From an uncultured delta proteobacterium (GTDB lineage Bacteria; Desulfobacterota; Binatia; UBA9968), in assembly GCA_963840855.1 (NCBI GenBank), contig CAWJBB010000064.1, forward strand, positions 1 to 33,993: 33,993 nucleotides of DNA, in the 5' to 3' direction. This document shows positions 17,965 to 27,805 of the stretch, piece after piece. Each line of letters begins with the position of its first letter. Position 1 is the first letter of the stretch. The notes under the pieces were generated by a model. It had not been told where the DNA came from and did no database searches. It worked only from the letters and a program-made list of their open reading frames with translations. The position numbers and the translations under genes are program-made.

Positions 17965-19116
17965 TCAAATGCAATGAATATCCGGTCCCCGTTCGATCGG
18001 CAGCAGGATTTCCACTTCGGTACCCACCCCCTCGCCGCTCTTGATCCGCAGGGTCCCGCCGTGCAGCTCGATGAACCGCGATGCCACCGTCAATCCCATG
18101 CCGTCATGACCCTTCTTGGTGGAGAAGAACGGCAGCGCCACCTGCTGCATTTCGCGGGCGGGAATACCGCACCCCGTATCTCTAACATATATTCTCGCCG
18201 CGCCGCGCAGGCCGTCGGGTATCAAACAGCCGCCAACTTCTACATTACCAGTACCGCCAACTGCTTCCAAGGCATTTTGCAAGATGTGACCGAGCGTCGT
18301 TACTAACAAGAATTGGTCGCTGGCGATGGTCGCGTCGTCGGGAATTTCCTCGAAATTCATTTGCAGCCGCACGCCGTTAGCGGCAAACTGGGATACTCGG
18401 CTCTCTGCGGCGGCCTTCATTACCTCGAGCAACTGCACTTGTGACGCCAATGAAGGCGTCTGATTGCAATCCGAGAATATCCGCGTGAGATCGATCGCCT
18501 TGTCCAAAGTCTCTTGGAGAAGTTCATTGTCTCGAGAATCGGGAAGCGATTTCTTCAGTGAATTGACAACCAGATTCAGCAATTGAAAATGATTACCCAG
18601 CTTATGAATAAAGCGGGCGACTGTTTCTTGATCTAGGGCGAGTATCCGGGGTTCCCCATAGATAGGAATCAGACAGCCATGAACCGAAGTTTCGCCTTTC
18701 CGTTCCACTTTTTGCAGGGTATGGGTGAACCAGATGGGCAAGCCAAACACATCGGCAATTCGGTGAATAAATGATGCGGCGCCACGGCTCTCCAATTCCG
18801 AGAGTTTCTGTTGAAAGAGTGGCCAGTCTTGAGCGGCGACTCTCTCCTGCCAAAACTGCGGGCGCCCAATCACAGCCTCATTATTCAGGCCAAGCAAGTC
18901 GGTCACGTTTTTTGAGACGGAAATGATTTCCAGCGAAGGCTTGGCTTCAAAGATCACACGGGGGGGGAAATCTGAATTATCATTGGATCGCTCCCCCGTG
19001 CCCGCCTCTGATTCCATTACGGATAGAGAATCAGGCTTCGCTGCTTCCCATGATCCCGCTCTGACCTCAGCGGTATGCCCCCATTGCCGCCGCCCTCGGT
19101 AATTAGGCATCACCAC
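17965..19116 (-). CDS. Cytoplasmic PAS-domain histidine kinase-like protein with atypical H-box
   Basis: PAS-like segment (VSKNVTDLLG...FWQERV); H-box ARFIHKLGNHF; HATPase boxes ILQNALEA, DTGCGI, PFFSTK, GMGL; no TM; start uncertain (19116/19110/19017). Confidence 0.8.
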   Translation of the reverse strand: MVMPNYRGRRQWGHTAEVRAGSWEAAKPDSLSVMESEAGTGERSNDNSDFPPRVIFEAKPSLEIISVSKNVTDLLGLNNEAVIGRPQFWQERVAAQDWPLFQQKLSELESRGAASFIHRIADVFGLPIWFTHTLQKVERKGETSVHGCLIPIYGEPRILALDQETVARFIHKLGNHFQLLNLVVNSLKKSLPDSRDNELLQETLDKAIDLTRIFSDCNQTPSLASQVQLLEVMKAAAESRVSQFAANGVRLQMNFEEIPDDATIASDQFLLVTTLGHILQNALEAVGGTGNVEVGGCLIPDGLRGAARIYVRDTGCGIPAREMQQVALPFFSTKKGHDGMGLTVASRFIELHGGTLRIKSGEGVGTEVEILLPIERGPDIHCI

Positions 19117-19673
19117 CGTTTATCCTCGTGTATCGAACAATTAATTCTTGCGTCAAAAAGCGATCACACATTGCCATACGAAATCATTTGGAGTCAAGGA
19201 GTTGTTATCAAAGTGTACAACTTTTCCAATACGCGAACCACATATATAGTGGTGATATTATCAGATCCGCCAAATCTAGGAAACTACACTGGTTTTCAAG
19301 GTTGTTTAACTTTATTCCACTTACCCATTATCGGCCATTTGTATCATTCACTTACTTCGCTGCGCGAACACCCGCCCGATCCAAGCTTGAATCCTCTGCA
19401 ACTATTGGCTTTTTTAGGAAATTCCCGTAAGTATAAGGTAACTACCCAACGGAGAACGTCGCCCCTGGGGGCGCAAACCGTGCTTTGCACTTAAACGATT
19501 TACAATCCGCGATGAATCGTATTGTGAATACGGCTTGCAAACATGCCGGATTGGATCATACCAAATTGCCTACAATTGTAATTGTTTTTGCTAGTTCAGG
19601 TGTAATGACCTGAAAACCGCCGGGGCTGATCGGTTAGAATGGGATTATTTGAGAGTTTTGCAGACAATTTGAA

Positions 19674-19688
19674 TGGCACTCGAATTGC
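19674..19688 (+). promoter_or_regulatory. Sigma54 (-24/-12) promoter for the regulator-dehydrogenase operon
   Basis: TGGCAC-TCGAA-TTGC with correct GG-N10-GC spacing, ~215 bp upstream of 19905. Confidence 0.72.
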
Positions 19689-19904
19689 GGTACAACCGGC
19701 ACTGATCTGATTTCGTAACATTAGGTTACATCGCGGAAGGGGATCTTGGCGGGAAAAAATTCAACGGCTGACTCCGGTCAAAAGGACCAAACGCGACGTG
19801 GAAACAAATCCAAAACACGTTGAGGGACGCCTGATTCAAGCCAACTTCTGCCAAATTTATAGTTTTTGTCGCCGTTAACCGTAATAGCGAGAGGTGCCTA
19901 ACAC

Positions 19905-20615
19905 GTGAAACCAAAAATTCTGCTTGTGGATGACGAAGACCAACTGCTCGCCCAAATGCGCTGGGTTCTGGATGGGGACTATGAAATTCTTACCGCAACC
20001 AACGAGCGTGACGCGCTAAACGCGTTCGCGGCGGAACGGCCTTCGGTGGCCGTAGTCGACTTGTCCCTGAACCGGGCGAGCCCACTAGACTTGGGCGGCT
20101 TACGCTTGATCGAGAAGTTTCTCGAGCAGGATCCCGCTACCCGAATTATCGTTGTCACCGGCATTGAGGATGACACCAACGCGCTGCAAGCCGTACGCCT
20201 GGGGGCCTATGACTACTATTCGAAGCCCATCCGACTCGCCGATCTCAAGGTCATGATCCAACGCGCCGTCGAGGTCCACCGCATTCATCAACGGCTGAAT
20301 AGTATTCAAGCTGGAGCCAATAAGACTCTTGAGAACCAAATTCAGTCGGGACCGTTACCGCTGCTTAACGGTCCCGGCCGGGAAATCGAATCGATTGGCA
20401 ACGAGGTCAATCTTAAGCTCGCCAAAAGGGCGATTGAGTTGGAGTTCGTGAAAAAAGCGCTCGCAAAAAACAACGGCATTGTAAGCCGCGCTGCCAGAGA
20501 ACTGGGAATTAGCCGCGTCAACCTCTATGAGCTCATCGAAAAGCACAACATAGGAATCAATGAGTTTAAGGCGGTTAGACCGCGCACCATACGACACAAC
20601 ACCCCGGAGGCATGA
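19905..20615 (+). CDS. PrsR-like response regulator lacking the AAA+ domain (REC + Fis-type HTH)
   Basis: REC LLVDDE..QMRW.L...Y, VDLSL, VVTG, GAYDYYSKPI resembles the PEP-CTERM regulator PrsR; directly followed by LK.AKR.IE..FV.KAL..NNG.VSRAARELGISRVNLYEL; no Walker A or GAFTGA; GAGG RBS before GTG. Confidence 0.8.
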   Translation: MKPKILLVDDEDQLLAQMRWVLDGDYEILTATNERDALNAFAAERPSVAVVDLSLNRASPLDLGGLRLIEKFLEQDPATRIIVVTGIEDDTNALQAVRLGAYDYYSKPIRLADLKVMIQRAVEVHRIHQRLNSIQAGANKTLENQIQSGPLPLLNGPGREIESIGNEVNLKLAKRAIELEFVKKALAKNNGIVSRAARELGISRVNLYELIEKHNIGINEFKAVRPRTIRHNTPEA

Positions 20616-20619
20616 GTCG

Positions 20620-22002
20620 ATGGAACCACTGAAACAAAAACTCGAAGGGCGCAATGCGACGGCGGCCGTTATCGGCCTGGGCTATGTAGGGTTGCCGCTA
20701 GCGATGGAAATCGCGGCTGCGGGATTCAAAGTCGTCGGCATCGATCTCGACCGGAACAAAATTGCCGACCTTAGGGAAGGAAAGTCTTATATATTGGACG
20801 TGCCGTCGGCTACCGTCGCCGATGCGGTGAAAGCTGGCAGGTTCACTCCGACAACCGATTTCAGCGCGCTCCGCGATGTGGACGCCGTTAGCATCTGCGT
20901 GCCGACTCCTCTCAGTAAAAGCCGCGACCCCGATATTTCGTTTATTCTCGCCGCGACGGAGGAAATTCGAAAGTATCTGCACAAGGACCAGTTGATCGTG
21001 CTGGAGAGCACTACTTATCCGGGCACCACCGAGGAATTGATTCTGCCGGAACTGGAGGCTGGGGGCCTGCGCGCCGGCAGCGACTTTTTTCTCGCCTTTT
21101 CACCAGAACGTATAGACCCTGGAAACGTATCGTTCAATACCCACAACACTCCAAAAATCGTTGGCGGTATCACCCGGAACTGCGGCGAAATGGCGCATGT
21201 TTTCTACTCGCAATTTATCGAGCGGGTCATTCCCGTCAGCAGCAGCAAGTGCGCCGAAATGGTGAAGCTTTTGGAAAACACCTTCCGTAGCATCAATATC
21301 GGCATGATCAACGAAATGGCCTTGATGTGCGATCTGCTTGGCGTCGACGTGTACGAGGTGATTGACGCGGCGGCGACCAAGCCATTCGGGTTCAGCCCTT
21401 TTTATCCCGGCCCCGGCCTTGGCGGACACTGTATCCCTATCGATCCACATTACCTCGCCTGGAAGCTCAAGGCGCTCAATTTTCAGGCGCGATTCATCGG
21501 CCTGGCCGCCGAGATCAACGGCATGATGCCAACGGTAGTAAACAGCATGGTCGCCGATGGACTCAACCTACATTCGAAAAGTATCCGAGGGTCAAAAATC
21601 ATGATCCTCGGCGTCGCTTACAAAAAAAACGTCAGTGACTGCCGGGAATCGCCCGCACTGGATGTCATGCGCCTCCTTAGCCAAAAAGGAGCTGTGCTTT
21701 CCTACAACGATCCGTTTGTGCCAAGTATGCGTTTGAACGGGGAAGTTCTCCGATCGCTGGAGTTGTCGCCCCAGTCAATCGCAAACCAGGACTGTCTCAT
21801 CATTCTCACCGACCACAGCATCTACGACTTCAAAGCAATCATCGCGTCGGCAAAATTAGTGATCGATACCCGAAACGCCACCAAGGGATTCGATGAATTC
21901 AAGGACCGAATCATCAAACTCGGCGCCGGTAACAAAGCTGCGGTAGTCGGTCACCACGAAGACGAGCATGACATGGACGGGCCAGTCCAACTCAGGCATT
22001 AG
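20620..22002 (+). CDS. Nucleotide-sugar 6-dehydrogenase (WbpA/WecC family; probable UDP-GlcNAc dehydrogenase)
   Basis: Start ATG 20620; GLGYVGLPLA, ICVPTP, ESTTYPGTT, FSPERIDPGN, KLLENTFR, catalytic GGHCIPIDP, LGVAYK...D.RESP. Confidence 0.92.
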   Translation: MEPLKQKLEGRNATAAVIGLGYVGLPLAMEIAAAGFKVVGIDLDRNKIADLREGKSYILDVPSATVADAVKAGRFTPTTDFSALRDVDAVSICVPTPLSKSRDPDISFILAATEEIRKYLHKDQLIVLESTTYPGTTEELILPELEAGGLRAGSDFFLAFSPERIDPGNVSFNTHNTPKIVGGITRNCGEMAHVFYSQFIERVIPVSSSKCAEMVKLLENTFRSINIGMINEMALMCDLLGVDVYEVIDAAATKPFGFSPFYPGPGLGGHCIPIDPHYLAWKLKALNFQARFIGLAAEINGMMPTVVNSMVADGLNLHSKSIRGSKIMILGVAYKKNVSDCRESPALDVMRLLSQKGAVLSYNDPFVPSMRLNGEVLRSLELSPQSIANQDCLIILTDHSIYDFKAIIASAKLVIDTRNATKGFDEFKDRIIKLGAGNKAAVVGHHEDEHDMDGPVQLRH

Positions 22003-22201
22003 CCCGTGTATAATTCCGTAAATTTCGCTTAACCTTCTGTCAAGAAACCATCGAGCGGAGGACGGCCTGAGCTACACCGGCCGCCCGCCGCGACATGAGT
22101 TTTTAATTTCTTGCCGCGCGATGGGATCGGGCCGCGGTCAACCGGCTTCTTCCCGAGCATCGGGTTCGGCGCGATCACGACGCGGATGAATTGGCGGCGC
22201 G

Positions 22202-25200
22202 CTACTTACCGTGGCAGCGCTTGTACTTTTTGCCGCTGCCGCAGGGGCAGGGATCGTTGCGGCCGATCTTTTCACCTTCGCGTTTTACAGGCGTGGCGCG
22301 GCCGGCATCTAGATTTTCACCGCCGTGACTGAGAACCATTCTTTGCGGGCGGGTTTGCCGTACTTCTAGTTCCTGAGCGGCGCTCTCGCGCGCGATTTCT
22401 ACCGTGAAGAGCTTTTGCACGACGTCTTCCTGGATGCGGTGGGCCATTTCCTCAAACATGTCAAAGCCCTCTTTTTGGTATTCCTGGAGAGGGTTTTTCT
22501 GCCCATATCCGCGCAGGCCGATGCCCTCCTTCAGATGGTCCATATTGAGTAGATGGTCCTTCCAGAGGCCGTCGATGGTTTGGAGCATGATGATCTTTTC
22601 CAGCTGGCGGAGCATCGGCGCTGTAAAACGTTTCTCTTTGTCTTCGTAAGCCTGGTTGATTCTTTCCATCGCCAGTTCCGTCAGAGCATCCAGCTTTAAC
22701 CCCTCCGCCGCTTCGGGTAATGGATCGAAACGTAAATTGAACTGGTGCAACAATCCTTCGCGCAGCCCGTTCCAATCCCAGTCCGAAGCGTGGTCGTCCG
22801 CTTCAGCGTAACGCGACACGACTTCGGTGGCGAGGCCTGCGGCCATGTCCAACACCTCCGCCTTCAGCGTCTCACCCTTGAGCACTTCGCGCCTTTGATT
22901 GTAAATGACCTCCCGCTGCTTATTGAGCACATCATCGTACTCCAGCAGGTGTTTGCGGATATCGAAGTTATGCGCCTCGACCTTCTTCTGGGCGTTTTCT
23001 ATGGCCCGCGTCACTAAGCCGTGCTCGATGGGTTCTCCTTCTTCCATGCCCAACCGGCCCATGATCCCCTGAATCCGGTCGGCGCCGAAAATGCGCATCA
23101 GGTCATCTTCTAAGGACAGATAAAATCGCGATGAGCCAGGATCGCCTTGGCGTCCCGCCCGGCCGCGCAACTGGTTATCGATGCGCCGGCTCTCGTGGCG
23201 TTCCGTGCCGAGAATATGCAAACCGCCCGCGGCGATCACCCGGTCATGTTCCGCGGCACAAACCTCGTTGTAGCGCGCTAGAATCTCGTGGAAACGGTGG
23301 CGGTACTCATCCGGCGCCTTTTCCAACTGCTCCCGGATTTCTTCCACGACGCGTAGATACTCTTGCCGTTTGGTTTCGTAGGTTAGCTGCGCTTCCTGCA
23401 CCGCCGCTTCATAGGGCTCGCGGACTTCATCGCAGCGCAGTTCGGCTTCTTCGAATGCGCGGTGAACGGTCTCATATTCCCGCGCCAACGGCGCATGTTC
23501 TCCTTCGGCGAACTGCTCCAAAGTCCTTTCAAACTCCAGATCGATCAAGCGCTGCTCGTAATTGCGCCGCTGGTCGTCGAGGGCTTCGACCAAGTCCTGG
23601 CGCTCGCCATTTTTCTTCTGCCAACGGTCAATCAACTCACCGAACTTTTGGCGCGCATCCTCGAAGTCATCGTCCTCATCGCCGCCGTTCGATTCCAACA
23701 GCGCTCCTTCGAACTCTTCCTTTGCTCTAAGATATCCACTGGGAATCTGCTGCATGCCGTGCAACGCTTCGATCAGTTCGGTGGACGAAAGGTCTTCGTA
23801 ACGTTGCCGCGCCTCACGGAATGGCGAAACGCCGCGAATCTCTTTCTGGAGTTCCGTGGAGCGCTTGAGGGCGTCGCTGCGCTGCTGCTGATAGACCTCG
23901 CCCTCCGTCAGATAGCGCTTTTCCGCCTTCTGGATATCTTCCTCGTATTTTTCGCGCAATTCCCGGAGCGCGTCTTCGTAGCGCGCCGCGCCTTGCGCGG
24001 GCAATTTGGTCGCCCGGCTGATCCACTCATTCTCCATGTCCGAGCGGGCCAAAAATTCAGGGTTCCCGCCCAAAAGGATATCTGTTCCCCGGCCCGCCAT
24101 GTTGGTGGCGATGGTTACAGCGCCGAAACGTCCCGCCTGCGCGATGATCGATGCCTCGGCCTCATGGTTGACGGCGTTGAGAACGTTGTGTTTGATCCCT
24201 TTCTTCTTGAGCAAGCGCGAGAGCTTCTCCGATTTCGCCACCGACGTGGTGCCCACCAGGATCGGCTGGCCCTTCGTATTGCGCTCCTCTATCTCGTTCA
24301 CCACCGCGTCGAATTTTTCCCGCTCCGTGCGATAGACCACATCAGCGTTATCCACACGAATCATATCGCGATGGGTCGGCACCACGACGACGTCGAGCTT
24401 GTAAATTTTCTTGAACTCCGGAGCCTCGGTGTCCGCCGTGCCGGTCATGCCGCCGAGCTTTTTGTACATCCGAAAATAATTCTGGATCGTGATCGTCGCC
24501 AGCGTCTGGTTTTCTTCGCGGATGCGCACGCGCTCCTTGGCCTCCACCGCCTGGTGCAGGCCATCGGACCAGCGCCTTCCCGGCATCAAGCGCCCGGTAA
24601 ATTCATCGACGATGAGCACTTCACCTTCCTTGATGACGTAGTCGACGTCGCGTTTAAAGATAGCGTGGGCCTTGAGAGCCTGCTGCACATGGTGCAATGT
24701 GTCGATCTGCCGCGGATCGTAGAGGTTGTGCACGCCGAGCAACCGTTCCACCTTCGCGACGCCCGTTTCCGTCAGGGTTACCGCGCGGCTCTTTTCATCA
24801 ACGGTGTAATCACCCTGTTTCTCGATGGCGGCACGGTCTTCCTGGTTGGGATCGCCCTGGATCACCGCTCCGCGCTGCAATTTCGGGATAATGCGGTCGA
24901 TGTTGTAATATTTGTCCGTGGATTCCTCCGCCGGTCCGGAGATGATCAGCGGCGTTCTCGCTTCGTCGATCAGAATATTGTCTACCTCGTCCACGACGGC
25001 AAAATTAAGCTCCCGCTGGACGTAATCCTCGATGGAGAACTTCATGTTGTCGCGCAGGTAGTCGAACCCGAACTCGTTATTGGTGCCGTAAGTAATATCG
25101 GCGCGGTAGGCCTCTTGCCGCGATATCGGACGTAGATTGAGATAGCGGTAATCCTTTGTGATATAAGTGGGGTCGAAAAGATAGCTCACGTCGTGCACGA

Positions 25201-25792
25201 TGGAGGCCACCGACACTCCCAATTTGTGATATATCGGCCCCATCCACTGCACGTCGCGCCGGGCGAGATAATCGTTGACGGTAATCAAATGGACACCACG
25301 CCCGGTGAGGGTGTTGAGATATAACGGCAAGGTCGCTACTAGCGTCTTACCTTCCCCCGTGCGCATCTCGGCGATGGTGCCGCCGTGTAGGACAGCCCCG
25401 CCGATCAGCTGCACGTCGAAATGGCGCAACCCAATGGTGCGGCGCGACGCTTCGCGCACCGCCGCAAACGCTTCCGGCAACAGTTCGTCCAAAACATCCG
25501 CTTCAGCCTGACGCAGCTGCTTGTCCAACTCCGCCACACGCTCTTGGTGCTCCTCACGCTGCTCCGCCTCCAACGATTCGAACCCCGCCTCGGCCTCCCC
25601 AAGCTCCTTACGCACCGCGGCAGTGGACTCCTGAAGTCGGTTCTTGAACTGCTCGGTCTTGGCCCTGAGCTCGTCATCCGTGAGCTTTTGATATTCCGGT
25701 TCGAGCGCATTGACCAGCTCCACCAAAGGACGAAGCCGTTTAATTTCGCGCTCGTTCTTGGTCCCGACGACTTTCTTTATCCAGCTCAACAT
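22202..25792 (-). CDS. secA: Preprotein translocase ATPase SecA (enlarged, 1196 aa)
   Basis: [83 protein letters not shown]-terminal [19 protein letters not shown]; GAGGAG RBS. Confidence 0.98.
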   Translation of the reverse strand: MLSWIKKVVGTKNEREIKRLRPLVELVNALEPEYQKLTDDELRAKTEQFKNRLQESTAAVRKELGEAEAGFESLEAEQREEHQERVAELDKQLRQAEADVLDELLPEAFAAVREASRRTIGLRHFDVQLIGGAVLHGGTIAEMRTGEGKTLVATLPLYLNTLTGRGVHLITVNDYLARRDVQWMGPIYHKLGVSVASIVHDVSYLFDPTYITKDYRYLNLRPISRQEAYRADITYGTNNEFGFDYLRDNMKFSIEDYVQRELNFAVVDEVDNILIDEARTPLIISGPAEESTDKYYNIDRIIPKLQRGAVIQGDPNQEDRAAIEKQGDYTVDEKSRAVTLTETGVAKVERLLGVHNLYDPRQIDTLHHVQQALKAHAIFKRDVDYVIKEGEVLIVDEFTGRLMPGRRWSDGLHQAVEAKERVRIREENQTLATITIQNYFRMYKKLGGMTGTADTEAPEFKKIYKLDVVVVPTHRDMIRVDNADVVYRTEREKFDAVVNEIEERNTKGQPILVGTTSVAKSEKLSRLLKKKGIKHNVLNAVNHEAEASIIAQAGRFGAVTIATNMAGRGTDILLGGNPEFLARSDMENEWISRATKLPAQGAARYEDALRELREKYEEDIQKAEKRYLTEGEVYQQQRSDALKRSTELQKEIRGVSPFREARQRYEDLSSTELIEALHGMQQIPSGYLRAKEEFEGALLESNGGDEDDDFEDARQKFGELIDRWQKKNGERQDLVEALDDQRRNYEQRLIDLEFERTLEQFAEGEHAPLAREYETVHRAFEEAELRCDEVREPYEAAVQEAQLTYETKRQEYLRVVEEIREQLEKAPDEYRHRFHEILARYNEVCAAEHDRVIAAGGLHILGTERHESRRIDNQLRGRAGRQGDPGSSRFYLSLEDDLMRIFGADRIQGIMGRLGMEEGEPIEHGLVTRAIENAQKKVEAHNFDIRKHLLEYDDVLNKQREVIYNQRREVLKGETLKAEVLDMAAGLATEVVSRYAEADDHASDWDWNGLREGLLHQFNLRFDPLPEAAEGLKLDALTELAMERINQAYEDKEKRFTAPMLRQLEKIIMLQTIDGLWKDHLLNMDHLKEGIGLRGYGQKNPLQEYQKEGFDMFEEMAHRIQEDVVQKLFTVEIARESAAQELEVRQTRPQRMVLSHGGENLDAGRATPVKREGEKIGRNDPCPCGSGKKYKRCHGK

Positions 25793-25894
25793 TTTTAAGC
25801 TTCAACTCCTCGCCGGCTGTCACGCCGCCGCTCCTTTTAAAATACACGATTTCGGCGACTTGTGACAGCATTATGAAGCAGACGAATCGATCAT

Positions 25895-26695
25895 TCAACG
25901 CTCGATACGCACCGCTGATTCGACTTTTTCGCCGAGAAACCTCTGGCCAACCTTGACGAAGCGATCGGGCGCGTCGGTCACAAAGAACCCATGCGCGCCT
26001 TTGCCTTTTTTGCGCGCCAGGGATCGCCGCCTAAGTAGCGCGGCCACTTCGATGGCAATCTCTTCAGCCGAATCCACCAACCGCATCGCTTTGCCCATAA
26101 ATCCGCGAATCGCCTTTTTTAGCAAGGGGTAGTGCGTACAGCCAAGGATCAGGGTATCGATACCGCTCTGCTTGAGGCTGCCCAGATAGTTCTTCACGGT
26201 CAGCTCCACCACGGCGTTGTCGGTCCAGCCTTCCTCTACCAACGGGACGAATAACGGGCACGCTCGGCTGTAGACCTCGATGGCGGAATCGGCGGCTTTC
26301 AACGCGCGCGTATAGGCGCCGCTCTGGATCGTGGCGTCCGTACCGATGACGCCGATCTTCTTATTCTTCGTGCTTTTGACAGCGCGCCTTACGCCGGGCT
26401 CGATGACGCCGATCACTGGGACCGCAAAACGCTCGCGCAAGCGACCCAGAGCGATAGCCGTTGACGTGTTGCATGCCACGACGAGGAGTTTGACGTCCTT
26501 TTCGACGAGGAATTCCCCGTTCTCGAAAGAGTATCGCAAAACGGTTTCAACGGACTTGGTGCCGTAGGGCGCGCGCGCGGTGTCGCCCAGATAGACCGTA
26601 TTTTCCCTGGGCAGCGCCTCGATAATCTTGTGCAGGACCGTTAGTCCGCCGATGCCCGAGTCAAAGACGCCGATGGCGCTGTCGCGATTGGCCAT
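25895..26695 (-). CDS. murI: Glutamate racemase
   Basis: IGVFDSGIGGLTV, GDTARAPYG, catalytic VACNTS and LGCTHYP. Confidence 0.97.
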   Translation of the reverse strand: MANRDSAIGVFDSGIGGLTVLHKIIEALPRENTVYLGDTARAPYGTKSVETVLRYSFENGEFLVEKDVKLLVVACNTSTAIALGRLRERFAVPVIGVIEPGVRRAVKSTKNKKIGVIGTDATIQSGAYTRALKAADSAIEVYSRACPLFVPLVEEGWTDNAVVELTVKNYLGSLKQSGIDTLILGCTHYPLLKKAIRGFMGKAMRLVDSAEEIAIEVAALLRRRSLARKKGKGAHGFFVTDAPDRFVKVGQRFLGEKVESAVRIER

Positions 26696-26704
26696 GAAAG
26701 ACCG

Positions 26705-27799
26705 CTAATGGGTCGGCGCCAACTGCAAGCCCAGCTCTTTTTCACAGCTGGGAGCATAACCGAACACCTGTTTCCAAACTTCCCGTGACTCCATGCAAAG
26801 GTACACTTTGACCGTCGGCGCGGCCCGGCGAATCCAGCCGAACATTGTCCGGTACATGGCGACGCGCAACGGCTGGAAGTAACGCAGCTTGCCATCGGGA
26901 CAAAGCACCTGTTCACCTGTGATCAGTGACGAACGGGGAAAGCGCTCGCGCATGATTCGCTTCAAGTCCGGCGTGATGCGCACGACGCCCATGCTGAGCC
27001 ACGCAATACGCCGCCAGTCGACGGTGGCGAACAACTGCTCCAGCATATCCTGGTAGTCTCTCTCCCAGCCGGGGTACTCGATCATGGGGTCGAAATGAAA
27101 TCCCAGACGGTAGCCGGCCTCCTGGCAGCGGCCGGCGGCGCGCAAGCGCTCCTGGAGAGTGGCTGTCCCCTGTTCATGGAGGTCGATAACCCGCTCCGGG
27201 TTCATTGACCAGGCGACTACGACCCGGTCTTTGGGATCCAGCGCCAACAGCTCATCAACGCAGTCGCTCTTGGTTTTCAACTCCAGCAGCGTGTTGGGCT
27301 GCTCGGCGAAAAAAGGAACGATTTCCCGGCTGAAGCCGATGTAGGGGTCGAGGGCGAGACTATCGGTGATCTCGCCTGTGCCGATGCGAAAAAAGAAACG
27401 GCGATGCTTGGATAGCAACTCGTCGGCCTCACGCAGTAGATCCCCGGTGTTGCTGAACACTGTCAACGCCGGGTTGTCGCTCAGATACTCTTGCAGATAG
27501 CAGTAGCTGCAGTCCATCGTGCAGTTGCTGGCGAAATTGATGACGAAGTAGTTGCAACAAACCTGTCCGTCGCTGCCGGGGCACTTTTTTAGAAACTCGC
27601 CTTTATGCGCGGCGACGAAAAGTCTTTTTTTGGCCGCTCCGAAAGAAGCTTCGGCGAGCCGCACACGCCCGTTGGCCGCCACGCCGTCGTCAAGTATCTT
27701 GAACGGCACTGCGGGCAACCTTTGGCGCAGCCGCTGAAACACGGGGCTTGCCAGGGAAGCGTGCTCAACGATGATTTCTTCGGGATCGAAACAATGCAT
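26705..27799 (-). CDS. Spore photoproduct lyase-like radical SAM protein
   Basis: CxxxCxxC as CTMDCSYCYLQ; GTGEITDSL, LELKTKS, RL.AA..C...GY..G.HFDP, DGKLRYF, YLCME are typical of SplB-like proteins of non-sporulators. Confidence 0.85.
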   Translation of the reverse strand: MHCFDPEEIIVEHASLASPVFQRLRQRLPAVPFKILDDGVAANGRVRLAEASFGAAKKRLFVAAHKGEFLKKCPGSDGQVCCNYFVINFASNCTMDCSYCYLQEYLSDNPALTVFSNTGDLLREADELLSKHRRFFFRIGTGEITDSLALDPYIGFSREIVPFFAEQPNTLLELKTKSDCVDELLALDPKDRVVVAWSMNPERVIDLHEQGTATLQERLRAAGRCQEAGYRLGFHFDPMIEYPGWERDYQDMLEQLFATVDWRRIAWLSMGVVRITPDLKRIMRERFPRSSLITGEQVLCPDGKLRYFQPLRVAMYRTMFGWIRRAAPTVKVYLCMESREVWKQVFGYAPSCEKELGLQLAPTH

Positions 27800-27805
27800 G
27801 GGTTC

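Noticed and set aside
19075-19494. 139-aa and 100-aa ORFs in the AT-rich spacer
   Set aside because: Atypical composition, no RBS or motifs; more plausibly regulatory DNA
23234-24052. SecA insertion as an intein or mobile intron
   Set aside because: No C/S start with HN-C/S/T end, no LAGLIDADG/HNH motif; composition is coiled-coil-like
23462-25135. 557-aa plus-strand ORF
   Set aside because: Antisense shadow of secA from codon bias; no recognisable motifs
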